A DNA stretch of 64,000 nt from Squalus acanthias (taxonomy: Eukaryota): contig CM059432.1 of the NCBI GenBank assembly GCA_030390025.1, forward strand, positions 35,094,001 to 35,158,000, given 5' to 3'. This document shows, in pieces, positions 27,246 through 38,747 of the stretch. The position numbers and the translations under genes are program-made. The stretch's first letter is position 1. Every line of letters begins with the position of its first letter. Below the pieces are notes generated by a model that had not been told where the DNA came from, made no database searches, and saw only the letters and a list, made by a program, of their open reading frames with translations.

Positions 27246-27776
27246 TTCTCTCTTTACTGACGGACAGAGAGGGAAAGATTTCACATTCGACCTACAGTTA
27301 GTGCTGAGTTAACTGATCTCAGGTGTGATTGCCCGCAGTACCTCTGGAATGGGAAGGGCAGGGGAACAAAACAGTCAGTGCTCCCACACTGATGACGGCT
27401 CATTTGGGGGGGGGGGGGGTTGGGGGGGGGCGGCTGGGTTGCACATACGTGTGTGGGGGCATCAGGTGTGAACAGAATCAAGCTCAGCCATGAAGCCCCC
27501 CATGATCAAACAGCCTCCTCCATCTATACTTGTACACTCGGACAGCCACTCGGACGAGGTAGCAGAGGGGGAAGGGCACGTGCCTGTGGAACCCACAGTC
27601 ATGCCTACGGGAGAGGATGAAGGGAGGAAATAGCAAAAAAAAAAAAATTAAAAGCTGCTAACGGCAATGCATTTTCCAATATATTTTATGATGCGAAGAT
27701 GCCGGCGTTGGACTGGGGTGGACAAAAATGAGAAGTCGCACAACACCAGGTTATAGTCCAACAGATTTATTTAAAA

Positions 27777-27814
27777 TTACAAGCTTTCGGAGCTATCGCC
27801 CCTTCCTCAGGTAA
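27777..27814 (-). ncRNA. Minimal hammerhead ribozyme motif, second family
   Basis: UUAC-CUGAGGA-A-GGGGC(GAUA)GCUCC-GAAA-GC-UU-GUAA, inside a short repeat-like segment (27698-27820). Confidence 0.7.
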
Positions 27815-28031
27815 AGTGACAATATATTTTAGTTATTAAATAGTAATCTTTACTAAAATGAAAATGTTCCTACTAGCACCTCATGATCGGTGTCAGTTGA
27901 TAGATTAAGTAAGGGGAGTTTAATAAAGTGTTCAAAATGATGAGGGGTTTTGATAGAGTAGTTGGGGAGAAACTGTTGGAAGAGTTTGGTAACCAGAGGA
28001 CATAGATTTAAGTTAATTGGCAAAAGAACCA

Positions 28032-28525
28032 CATGCACACACACACTGGCACACACTTACACATGCACACAGACACACACTCACACAGACGCACACACAC
28101 TCACACACTCACACAGACAGACACACACTCACACAGACGCACACACACTCACACAGACAGACACACACTCACACAGACACAAACTCACACACACTCACAC
28201 ACACTCACACAGACGCACACACACAGACACACACTCACACACACAGACACACACTCACACACACAGACACACTCACACAGACGCACACACACAGACACAC
28301 ACTCACACACACTCACACAGACGCACACACACAGACACACACTCACACACACAGACACACACTCACACACACAGACACACACTCACACAGACGCACACAC
28401 ACAGACACACACTCACACACACTCACACAGACGCACATACACTCACACATGCACACAGACAGACACAGAGACATGGACACACCCACACTCACAAACAGAT
28501 GCACACACACAGACACACACGCACA
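28032..28525 (+). repeat. Compound (CA)n-derived microsatellite
   Basis: CACACAGACA/CACACTCACA runs, which produce the spurious His/Thr ORFs. Confidence 0.95.
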
Positions 28526-29594
28526 TAAAAACAAATAGACACAACAGCAACTGGCATTTATACAGCACCTTTAACTTAGTAAAAACGTCCCAAGGTGCTT
28601 CACAGGAGCATTATTGGACAAAATTTGACACCAAGCCACATAAAGAGATAGGAGAGGTGACCAAAAGCTTGGTCAAAGAGGTAGGTTTTAAGAAGCAACT
28701 TAAAGGAGGAGAGAGAAGTAGAGAGGCGGAGAGGTTTAAAAAGAGAATTCAGAGCTTAGGGCTTAGGCAGCTGAAGGCACGGCCACCAATGGTGGAGCGA
28801 TTAAAATTGGGGATGTGCAAGAGGCCAGAATTGGAGAAGTGCAGAGATCTTGGAGGGTTGTAGGGCTGGAGTCGGTTACAGAGATAGGGGCGAGGCCATG
28901 AAGGGATTTGAACACAGATACAAACACACACACAGAGGCACACACATATGGAACAGAGATGATGGAACCTACCAGTTAGCATTAGGTCTCACTAGAGGTG
29001 AGTTTGGTTGCAGGAGTGGGGTTACAATCTGTGACGCTGTATCTGACCTGCACTTAGGTCTAGCAAGACAGTGCAGTGAAACCGTGTAATGTCTATCCTA
29101 TAGTATATACACAAGTAGATGTTATATATAGTGTATACTCACACACGTATATATGTGTGCATGTATGTAAATATATATACATACAATATAAAGGAAAGTA
29201 TATATATATGTAATGAGAAAGAGAGTCTATGCATATATAGACTGCAGGCAGCAAAGTCTTTCAATTTCTGTCCTATGGGGCATGCACAATAATATATAGT
29301 ATATGATCACACTCATATATGCTAATGTGTGTATATATAGAGAGAGAGAGAGAGATCAGCTGATTTTGGAAATGAGAGCGACCAGCTTGTGAAGTTGTCT
29401 CTAGCTCCAGGTATACATTCATAAAATTGATCCTATAATATATAAATAATCTATAATACACACATGCATATATATAACAGCAGAAGCTAATATAAGAAAT
29501 ATGTGGTATCACCGAGCCGGAATAACCCAATAGAGGAATCTGTACACATGTCATTAAAACACGCTCTCCTCTTTAAATGAACACAGGCACTCAC

Positions 29595-29669
29595 CAGAGC
29601 GTAGACACTGCTGAGGACCGAGCAGTACAGCAATACTCCCAGGCTGCTGGAGACGGTGGCGGCTCCCAT
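29595..29669 (-). CDS. PTH1R: Parathyroid hormone 1 receptor, signal-peptide coding exon (exon S)
   Basis: ATG at 29669, then 25 codons MGAATVSSSLGVLLYCSVLSSVYAL and a phase-0 GTGAGT donor (29594-29589). Matches the PTH1R N-terminus (human [25 protein letters not shown]), whose first coding exon also ends after codon 25. Confidence 0.88.
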
Positions 29670-30930
29670 GTTCGACACCGGACGATGTCAGCCCAGTTCC
29701 TTCCTCATCCACTTTTCAAATTGCTTCTTTCAAACACTTTCCTCTCTTCCTTCACCTTCGGTAGTATCGAATCCACGAGTCCATTCCAACTCGCCCCCCC
29801 CCCCCCCGCCCCCCACCCACCAAAAAACAACTAATTGAAACTCTCGCTAACTTTTCTTCCTTCAGTTGTGGAGAGAGCAGAGTCTGGGGCAGTCACGACT
29901 GATGTTTGATTTTCTGTGCATACTGGTTAGGGAGCAACAACAAAAATCACATCCATATGACAGAACTCAGCTGCTTATTAACCCCCTGCCCTCAATTCAC
30001 TATTTGTCTCCTCCCCTTGGATCTTCCCCAGTGGCAAGAAACGAGTTAAAGTCCTGGGCTGGCGGTTTCTGTGCTGTCAGGTCAGGCGCCTTTCTGTACT
30101 TTCCTTACTCCAGCTCCAGGATTTCGGTGAGGGAAAAAAAAAGCCCACCTCTTGTGTGTGAATATCACCGCGTAAATTTCGTGTCAATTTCAACCCACTT
30201 CTGCCACTTTCACATTCTCCAGTATGCTTATTTTCTCGAAATTGTTCTGCAGATTAAAGTCTTATAAATTGAGAGTTCTATTTAAAAGAAAAGTTTCTTC
30301 AGCTTCATTTAAAGCCTTGAAATAGTTTCAATTATATATATATGCATATATATTTCATTTCAGCATTCCTACTCTCCTTATACACTCCTTCCCAGTCTTC
30401 TTGCCCACCAGCGGTGATGAGCCTGGAAATGATGGGATCGTATAGGATGATGTCCGTATAGCCCAGCTGTCTCTCTCTCTCTCTCTCTCTCTGTCCACTC
30501 TATGTGTGTTGGGCAGGTATCAGAGATGGGGTGAGGAAGTACAAAGGGTAGGCTGCCTACCATTGGCTCAGCCTCCACCCAGCCTGTGATTAAGAGGTGG
30601 GGGAGGAAATATTTTAAAAATGTAATATAATTACTCCCTAGCTAGCTCTGTCCCTCCTCAAACATGCAATGATCTCCAGTCTCTCTCCACGAGATGGTTT
30701 CCTGACTCCTGCTGGAATCTGTTAAGCTATTTTTTTTTCACTTGGCAGTCAATATCTAGTCCCAAAATAAACAGCAGGAATGCAAGACGGTAGCAATTTG
30801 AGCAAGAAATGTTGTGGGAATTATTACAGAATGTTTCAGAATCTTGTATTTTCATTATTATCAGATTACACCGATAATTCCCACCGATAATACTCAGTGT
30901 AATGGATTGAGGGAATTTTTTTATATGGGA
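29670..30930 (-). promoter_or_regulatory. PTH1R 5' UTR / promoter region
   Basis: Unique sequence with no recognisable TE, directly upstream of the PTH1R ATG. Contains a G-tract, CpGs, a candidate TATA-like TTTATAAG (~30268-30261), a candidate donor GTAAGG (30108-30103) and a CCAAT near 30562-30566. Confidence 0.45.
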
Positions 30931-31780
30931 CACTGGGGGGGTAAATGGTAATCATTCATTCCTGTCTCGTACTGTACGGCTTGTGAGTGTCTCAGTGTCA
31001 GCTCCAGTACAGGTACAGTACACAGCGGGTAAAAGGGAACGATTCACTCCCGTCTGGTACTGTACCGCTCGTGTGTGTCTCAGTGTCAGCTCCTGTATAT
31101 GGACAGTACACACTGCGCCATTCTGACCTGGTACTGTACCGATCATGTGCGAGATGAATTTCCCACTGCAAAGTCTCAGTCGCCAGGAGTCAGACTGAAG
31201 AATCAGGTCTTGGTGTTGTTGTCCACAGTTCCCTATCTGGAGCCCATTCCAGTGTTAATCACTGTCTCTGTGAGGTGCTCCCTGACACTGGGCTGTATTT
31301 CCCTTTTACCAGTTTGCACCCACATCCCTTTTTCTCCTGCAGTCGAAGTTCAACTCGACATAGTGCTTCATATTAAGCTTTTCTATTGCATTTAGTATCT
31401 TATCTCTCTATAACGTCACCTCTCATCTGCCGCCTTTCAAGGCTGAAGAGTCCAAGCTTTTCTAACATTTCCTCATGACCCAGTCCGCTGAAACTAGGGC
31501 TCAGCATCACGTTCCTTTCCAGCTCCGTTTCCATAGCTTTGAGAAACCAGAGCTGAACTCAGTATGAAGGTGTGGCCCCACCAAGCTATGAATTGGTACA
31601 CGATAGCAGTACAAAGTGACTCTCCCTCCCATCTTTACCTCCCTGTCTGCTGGGAAGCAACTGGTGTCTACTCTGTGCTTCCTATTAACGCAGTCTAGGC
31701 CCTACCACTCTGAGACAGTCTGAAGCTTTTGCTTCGTGGATTTGGAGTATAAGAAACTGCCCATCTATCTCTCTAGTATT

Positions 31781-32670
31781 ACATAAGAACATAAGAAATA
31801 GAAGCAGGAGTAGGCCATTTGGCCCTTCGAGCCTGCTCCGCCATTCAATAAGATCATGGCTGATCTTCTACCTCAACTCCACTTTCCTGAACTATCCCCA
31901 TATCCCTTGATTCCCTTAATATTCAAAGATCCCTCGATCTCTGTCTTGAATATACTCAACGACTGAGCCTCCACAGCCCTCTGGGAATCCAAAGATTCAC
32001 CACCCTCTGAGTGAAGAAATTTCTCCTCATCTCAGTCCTAAATGGCTGACCCCTTATTCTGAGACTGTGACCCCTGGTTCTAGACTCCCCAGCCAGGGAA
32101 AACATCCTCCCTGCATCTATCCTGTCAAGCCCTGTAAGAATTTTGTTTGTTTCAATGAGATCACCTCTCATTCTTCGAAACTCTAGAGAATATAGGCCTA
32201 GTCTACTCAATCTGTCCTTATAGGACAATCCCCCCATCCCAGGAACCAGTCTGGTGAACCTTCGTTGCACTCCCTCTATGGCAAGTATATCCTTCCTTAG
32301 GTAAGGAGACCAAAACTGTACACAATACTCCCGGTATGGTCTCACCAGGGCCCTATATAATTGCAGTAAGACGTCTTTACTCTTATACTCAAATCCTCTA
32401 CTAATAAAGGCCAACATACCATTTGCTTTCCTAATTGCTTGCTGTGCCTGCATGTTAACTTTCAGTGATTTGTGTACAAGGACACCCAACATTTCCCAAT
32501 CTCTCATCATTTAAAAAATACTCTGCTTTTCTATTTTTCCTACCAAGTGGATAACTTCACATTTCTCCACATTATATTCCATTTGCCATGTTCTTGCCCA
32601 CTCACTTAGCCTGTCTATATCCCCTTGAAGCCTCCTTGCATCCTCCTCACAACTTACATTCCCATCCACC
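31781..32670 (-). mobile_element. CR1 3' fragment
   Basis: ORF 31956-32510 YCVQFWSP..LEFRRMRGDLIE; (TTCTTATG)n tail. Confidence 0.92.
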
Positions 32671-32974
32671 TATCTACCTACCTATTTACCATCTGTTATC
32701 TATTAGATATTAATTTATTTATTTATATGCTTCTCTATCTATCTATATCTATATATCTATCAATATCCATGTATTTGTTACCTATTTAACCATCTCTTTC
32801 TATTTATCTAATATCTATGTACATGTCCACTATCTTTTTGCACATCTATGTTTATTCATCCATCTATCTATATCGATTATTTACCTATCTCTATCAATCT
32901 ATTATTTATCTATCTATCATCTATCGAGAAACATACGAACAGGTGCAGCCCATTAAACTGGCTCCAGCCAGATT

Positions 32975-34420
32975 TCCTATCCTAAATCAAGGACAGTCAG
33001 CATGGATTTGTTAAGGGAAGGTCGTGTCTGACTAACTTGATTGAAATTTTTGAGGAAGTAATGAGGACGGTCGATGAGGGTAGTGATTTTGATTTGGTCT
33101 ATATGGATCTTAGCAAGGCTTTTGACAAGGTCCCACACAGCAGACTGGTCAGAAAAGTAAAAGTCCATGGAATCCAAGGGAAAGTGGCAAGTTGGATCCA
33201 AAATTGGCTCAGTGGCAGGAAGCAAAGGGTCATGGTTAATGGTTAATTTCTGACGAAAGATCTTCGACCTGAAACGTTAACTCTGTTTCTCTCTCCACGG
33301 ATGCTGCCTGGCCTGCTGAGTTTTTCCAGCGTTTTCTGTTGTTATTTCGGATTTCCAGCATCCGCAGTATTTTGCTATTGTGTTGTAATGGTTAATGGGT
33401 GTTTTTGTGACTGGAAGACTGTTTCCCGTGGGGTTCTGCAGGGCTCAGTACTAGGTCCCTTGCTTTTTGTGGTATATATCAATGATTTAGACTTCAGTGT
33501 AGGGGGCATGATTAAGAAGTTTGCAGATAATACGAAATTTGGCCGTGTGTTTGATAGTGAGGAAGATAGCTGTAGAATGCAGGAAGATATCAATGGACTG
33601 GTCAGGTGGGCAGAAAAGTGGCAAATAGAATTCAATCTGGAGAAGTGTGAGGTAATGCATTTGGGGAGGGCTAACAAGGCAAGGGAATACACAATAAATG
33701 GTAGGATACTGAGAAGTGTAGAGGAACAGAGGCACCTTGGAGAGCATGTCTACTGATCCCTGTAGGTAGCAGGACAGGTAAATAAGATGGTACTTTCCTT
33801 TATTAGCCAAGGCTTAGAATATAGGGAGGTTATGCTTGAACTGTATAAAACACTAGTTAGGCCACAGCTAGAGTACTGCGTACAGTTCTGGTCACCATAT
33901 TACAGGAAAGATGTGATTGCACTAGAGGGTGTACAGAGGAGATTTACGAGGTTATTGCCAGGACTGGAGAATTTTAGCTATGAGTAAATATTGGATAGGC
34001 TAGGGTTGTTTTCTTTGGAACAGAGGAAGCTGAGGGGCGCCTTAATTGAGGTGTATAAAATTATGAGGGGCCTAGATAGAATGGATAGGAAAGACTTATC
34101 TCCCTTAGCAGAGAGGTCAATAACCAGGGCGCACAGATTTAAAGTAATTGGTAGAAGGATTAGAGGGGAGTTGAGGTGAACTTTTTTCACCCAGAGGGTG
34201 GTGGGAGTCTGGAACTCACTGCCTGAAAGGGTGGTAGAGGAAGAAACCCTCATCACCTTTAAAAAGTACTTGAATATGCACTTGAAGTGCCATAACCTGC
34301 AGGGCTATGGACCAAGAGCTGGAAAATGGGATTAGGCTGGATAGCTCTTTTTTGGCTGGCACAGACACAATAGGCTGAATGGCCTCCTTCTGTGCCGTAA
34401 ATTTCTATGATTCTATGATT
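32975..34420 (+). mobile_element. CR1 RT/3' fragment with stops and frameshifts
   Basis: YMDLSKAFDKVPH, QGSVLGPLLF, FADN and LEYCVQFWSP; TTCTATGA tail. Confidence 0.92.
33246..33380 (+). mobile_element. Short Penelope terminal-repeat insertion with hammerhead motif, inside a CR1
   Basis: CTGACGAAAGATCTTCGACCTGAAACGTTAACT interrupts the CR1 RT frame at KQRVMVNG; ATGGTTAATGG is present on both sides. Confidence 0.8.
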
Positions 34421-34489
34421 TCTACATTTCTTAATACTCTCACTTGCCAAGTAAGTATCTACCTCCCTTTTAAGTCTCAATTGATGGAT

Positions 34490-35490
34490 CTTACAATCTA
34501 CATTAATGACTTGGATGAAGGGACCGAGTGTAATGTAGCCAAGTTTGCAGATGATACAAAGATGGGTGGGAAAGCAAGTTGTGCAGAGGACTCAAAGAAC
34601 CTGCAAAGGGATATAGACAGGCTAAGTGAGTGGGCAAACATTTGGCAGATGGAGTATAATGTGGGAAAGTGCGAGGTTATACACTTTGGCAGGAAAAATA
34701 AAAAAGCAAATTATTATTTAAATGGAGAGAGATTACAAAATGCTACAGTTCAGAGGGACCTGGGAGTCCTTGTGCATGAAACACAAAAAGTTAGCATGCA
34801 GGTACAGCAAGTAATCAAAAAGGCAAATGTAATGTTGGCCTTTATTTCAAAGGGGTTGGAATATAAAAGCAGGGAAGTCCTGCTACAACTGAACAGGGTA
34901 TTGGTGAGACCACACCTTGAGTACTGCGTACAGTTTTGGTCTCCTTATTTAAGGAAGGATATACTTGAATTGGAGGCAGTTCAGAGACGATTCACTAGGT
35001 TAATTCCAGAAATGAGGGGGTTGACTTATGAGGAAAGGTTGAGCAGGCTGGGCCTATACTCATTGGAATTTAGAAGAATGAGAGGTGATCTTATTGAAAC
35101 ATATAAGATACTGAGGGGGCACGACAAGGTAGATGCAGAGAGGATGTTTCCCCTCATGGGGAAATCTAGAATGCGGGGGCACAGTTTTAGAATAAAGGGT
35201 CGCCTTTTAGAACTGAGATGAGGAGGAATTTCTTCTCTCAGAGGGTCGTAAATCTGTGGAATTCTCTGCCCCAGAGAGCTGTGGAGGCTGGGTCATCAAA
35301 TACATTTAAGGTGGAGATAGACAAATTTTTGCAAGATAAGGGAGTGAAGGGTTATGGGGAGCGGGCGGGGAAGTGGCTTTGAGCCCAAGATCAGCCATGA
35401 TCTTATTGAATGGCGGAGCAGGCTCGAGGGGCCAAGTGGCCGATTCCTGCTCCTATTTCTTATGTTCTTATGTTCTTATGTTCTTATCTT
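34490..35490 (+). mobile_element. CR1 3' fragment
   Basis: ORF 34379-35221 IYINDLDEG..KFADDTK; (TTCTTATG)n tail. Confidence 0.93.
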
Positions 35491-38400
35491 ATGTATAGCA
35501 GGCGTTATGTCTTAAATCTGTCACTCACAATTGTAAACTCTGACCCTCACACTTTAATAATGGGCTTCAGTCACCAGAATCTGTTCCTAATGCCTGAATG
35601 ACACTTCCATTTTTAACACTAGCCATTCTTGGGCCTCTTTGACCAGAATGTTAATTTAGTGGTTATTGTTGCTGCGTGACTTGTATATTTCTCATTGTGT
35701 TTCTCACAGATAAAGAATTCTCTATCCCTGCGACATCCTCCTGATGCCGACCCATCTATTCCTGACCTCCCAGTATGACTCCCAGCTCCCACTGGGTTCC
35801 AGATTCAGCCCAATGGTCACTGGCCATCTAACATAGCCCCAATTCCCACTGGCCTTGCGACGTGGCCCCAGCTCCTTCTGGTTTCCCCGATGAGGCCATA
35901 GCTGCTGTGGGCTTCCTAACGTGTGTCTGGCTCTGGGTGCGGCCTAGGGCTGCCTATATGACTCTGGCTCCTACTGATTCCCAATGTAGCCCGAGATCCT
36001 GCCAGTTGCTTGACATTGCATCAGGTTCCCATTGAACTCCCAAAGCAGCAGAAAATTGCATGACCAGAGTCCATATACCGGCACAGAGTAGGCAGTGGGA
36101 TTGGGTTCCAGGGGCGGCTCACGGGGGGTCTCATGTACGTGTAATTGGGGGGATGGGCCTAAGCTTTCCTTTTCCGGCCTCTACCTCGGACTGCTCTTCT
36201 TCTGTTCCAGGTTGGCCTGGCAGGAAAGCCTGGCAGAAAAGCCGCAGCCACTTCGCCGCTCAGGCCCAAGTTAAAATCGCAGTTGGGTCCTGATAACTTC
36301 ATTGGGACCTGACATGCATCTGTAAAGAAGGATCCCATGGCTTTGGACGGGTGTCCTTGCTGTCTGCTCAGGAGAACTGGTTAAAACCATGGATGGTGGA
36401 ATCCTGGCACGTAAATAAACTAGGCAATTTCAACTACCTGCCCACCAGGAGGGTAGGGTTAAAATTGTGCCCCTTATCACAGTACTTAGGGAGTGCTACA
36501 TTGTTAGAGGTGTCATCTTTCAGATGATACATAAAACTAAGGTCCTGTCTCCTATTCAGGTGGATGTTAAAAATGCCCTTTCACTGTTAAGACCTGACCA
36601 ACATTCTGCCTTCACCCAACACCGCCAAAAATGTATTAACATAGGAACATTCAGTCCCTCGAGCCTGTTTCGCTATTCAGTGAGATCATGGCTGATCTGT
36701 ATCCTAACTCCATCCACCCGCCTTGGCTCCATATCCCTTAATACCTTTGACTAGCAAATATCTATCGATATCAGATTTAAAATTATTAATTGAGCTATTA
36801 TCTACTGCTTTTTGTGGGAGAGAGTTCCACATTCCTACCACCATTTTGTGTGAAAGAGTGTTTCCTAACTTCTCTCCTGAATGGCCTGACTCTGATTTTA
36901 AGGTTATGTCCCCTTGTCCTAGACTCCCCCCACCAGCGGAAAAAGTTTCTCTCTATCTACCCTAACAATCCTTTTCAAAACCCTAAAACTCAATCAAATC
37001 ACCCCTTAACCTTCTATATTCCAGGGAATACAAAACTAGTTTATGTAATCTCTCCTTGTAATTTAACCCTTGGATTAGTCATTCACCGCTGCTGTTTGTG
37101 GGATCTTGCAATGCACAATCCAGCTGCCGCATTTGCCTACATATGAATGTAAGATTTGCTGGACAAAAAAAGACTAAGGTTCATCTAGTTGGCTTTCTAC
37201 CATCCTGGTGTTTGCACGATACAATGATAATGGAGTTGTTGACTAACCTTAACAATCAATCTCTATCAATCAGTTTACAACAGACCCAGACATGAGGCGA
37301 AGAAACCCCCAGTGGTGGAGAGCTTTGGGAACCAAGACCAAAGTCACCTGATCCTCGCAAGCATGCTACATTTACCACATGTCATATCTCAAATTACTCA
37401 TAAAATTTAACAAAACAGCATTCACTGAACTCCAAAGTAATAAATTATATGTGAAGCGTTTTGGGACAGAGTCACAGGGCGGGGTGGGGGGGTGGGGGGA
37501 ATGAAATTAGTCTTGGACAGTAGCAAAACTGATCACCTCACAACGACTCGTGTGGCTGCTGAGTGAGGAGATGTTTCTGCTGACACGTAGACGGAATCTC
37601 AGCGCATAGATGATGAGTTAAGGAGCTTCTGGTCACAAAGGCTTCAATTTCTTTTGTTGAAAATACCTTATTAGCCTCTGCTACCCACCTTAAATGGGAA
37701 TGTTTCATGGGACAGTATAGAAGACGATTTACTCTGTATCTAGCCTGTGTTGCATTTGCCCTAGCAGTATTTGATGCTGACTCTGGGTGCCTGAAATAAA
37801 AAGTTGTTACATTTCCCAAAACTAACATCCCTTACCTTAAAGAATTCAAAAAATTATAAGAATTTTTTTTTAAAGTACACAGTGTTTCCCAGCACTCTGT
37901 ACTTAAAGCAGACAATCATAGGGTTTTTATACTGTGACCTTGAAGTAATAGAATTTCAAAAGGAATAAAATTGACCAGGTAAATTATTCCCTGTGGCAAA
38001 GCACACATGTTAAAAATGAGGAAGTCTGGAGTGAGAGGGAAGGTCAAGGTGAACCTGGGTAGTGGTGCTGTGGAATGAGTAGCCAGGGGATGAGGCTAAA
38101 GTGCACAGTATAAATGGGGTCAAGAGACAATTAGATGCATTTCTGCAGAGAGAAGGAATTGAGGGAGATGGTGAGATGGGGTTGATGTATGAAGAAGGGA
38201 AAAGCTCGTTGGGGGATAATGGCCTTCTACTACTTCGAAGGATCATTAAAGCTAAATAATGATAGCTGTATTAAATTAGTACTGTGAGGAAATTACACAG
38301 CCAGTTAAATCTCTACCATATGTCGAGGTTAGTAAAGCATCTATTGCAAAGTAATTCAAAGCAGTCCTAGGCCATTTTTTCTTTTGGCTAAAATAAGCTG

Positions 38401-38747
38401 CTGGGTATTCCACACCTGTTTGCCCGATAGGGGGGCGCACACTTTCTTTGTAGGTTGCACTCCACTTCACCAAGATCAAGTGAGCTTAGATGTAGGCTGG
38501 CAGAACCAAGGTCTGGAGCTTACAGAGTGTGAGGGGGCGGTATTAGGGCCATGCAATTGTACCTGAGCCGGCTCAGCTCTTGGCCTAACTCACTTCGTTT
38601 CCACGCTGCTGGTCCATATGGATCTTCCCCCCATCACGAGTGAAGACTCTCAGTCACCACTCTCTATTGCAACGGTTGCCTTGGAACATCTCCAGGAGCT
38701 GGGTGACTGAGTTCCGGGCCGGTCCTGCCATAATCACGGTTACTTAT

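Noticed and set aside
27962..28863. Long His/Thr-rich ORFs
   Set aside because: They are translations of a CA microsatellite running into an L2 fragment.
29487..29678. 63-aa ORF as a complete small secreted protein
   Set aside because: It starts at a GTG. The real ATG is at 29669, and PTH1R similarity ends exactly at a GTGAGT donor.
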